Shown one piece after another: positions 63,294 through 64,000 of a stretch of DNA of 64,000 nt; the first letter of the stretch is position 1; each line of letters opens with the position of its first letter. The DNA lies in contig OX597830.1 of the NCBI GenBank assembly GCA_951406725.2, positions 53,072,001 to 53,136,000 of the forward strand. The letters are read 5' to 3'. This DNA is from Octopus vulgaris. Lineage: Eukaryota. The notes below the pieces were generated by a model, which had not been told where the DNA came from, ran no database searches, and was given only the letters and a program-made list of their open reading frames with translations. Both the position numbers and the translations under genes were made by a program.

Positions 63294-64000
63294 GATATTT
63301 CAAGATGATGACTCAGTACAATGTAGAGTATATATTTATATATTTAAATGAAATACTTTCCAAGTTTATAAGTGTTTCAATATATTAGTATTTTCCAAAG
63401 GTAAGAAATAAAAAGAACAACACGTATATAGGTGTATCTCTGAAGCTATAATTCTTAAAAGTTATCTAACAAACGTATTTACACCTACGCTATAATGGAA
63501 AGAAAAAAATCTGCTGAAAACACACTAACACTTAATCCTATATGTAGATGAACAGAAATTTCAACTTAGTCATTATGTTATTCTCAGTTATAATATTTTT
63601 GAACAAAAATAGGCAAATAGACACGCCAATGTGGTTCAGAAGCTTACTTCCCAACCACGAGATATCAAGTTCACTCCTATTGCATGGCACCTTGAGTGAC
63701 AAAGGCTGATAAAATCTTTGTGTGTGGATTTCGTAAACAGAAACTGAAAGAAGCATGTTGTATATACACGTACATATGTGTGAGTGAATTCTTGTTGATG
63801 TCACACATGATGGTTGTAAGAAGCAGTCACATGAGCGATAGTTTTGCTTCCAGTATTTTGTGAAAAACATATCTGGCCATGAGGAAATACTATCTTGCTT
63901 GGACAAATGGGATGGTTGGTGACAGGAAGGGCATCTGGCCATAGGAAACCAGGACATTTTATCTAACCCAAGAGAACATAGAAAATTGGACATTAAATGA

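Noticed and set aside
34346-64000. Cyclin T exons 1-3 (e.g. FLAAKVEEQP motif)
   Set aside because: Searched by eye on the minus strand and not found; presumed beyond the window, although an oversight cannot be excluded.

Overview
This is AT-rich, repeat-dense eukaryotic DNA; the SINE, RTE and R4 repeat content suggests an Octopus-like cephalopod genome (inference). The main gene is a minus-strand cyclin T (P-TEFb subunit). Seven coding exons can be spliced with GT-AG sites and consistent phases: 34345-34285, 31258-31196, 29405-29360, 28719-28629, 27807-27735, 26184-26111 and 25326-24100 (544 aa plus stop). Its 5' exons were not found, which implies an intron of at least ~29.6 kb running off the window. 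A probable terminal coding exon of an unidentified convergent plus-strand gene lies at 1864-1998. The rest is mostly mobile-element debris: several SINE families (some with 14-20 bp TSDs), an R4/Dong-like RLE retrotransposon interrupted by a CR1-like LINE, RTE fragments, mariner/Tc1 relics, a gag-like fragment and several fold-back elements. The best leads are: (1) a repeat-poor block inside the large cyclin T intron with an in-frame 24-nt microexon candidate and stop-containing cassette or terminal exon candidates; (2) an RVxF (PP1-docking-type) motif and no His-rich tract in the cyclin T tail; (3) long inverted repeats next to both 3' ends, which could form dsRNA/ADAR substrates; (4) a tRNA-like cloverleaf with a non-canonical anticodon loop inside a tandem duplication. 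No novel multi-gene system is demonstrable from sequence alone.
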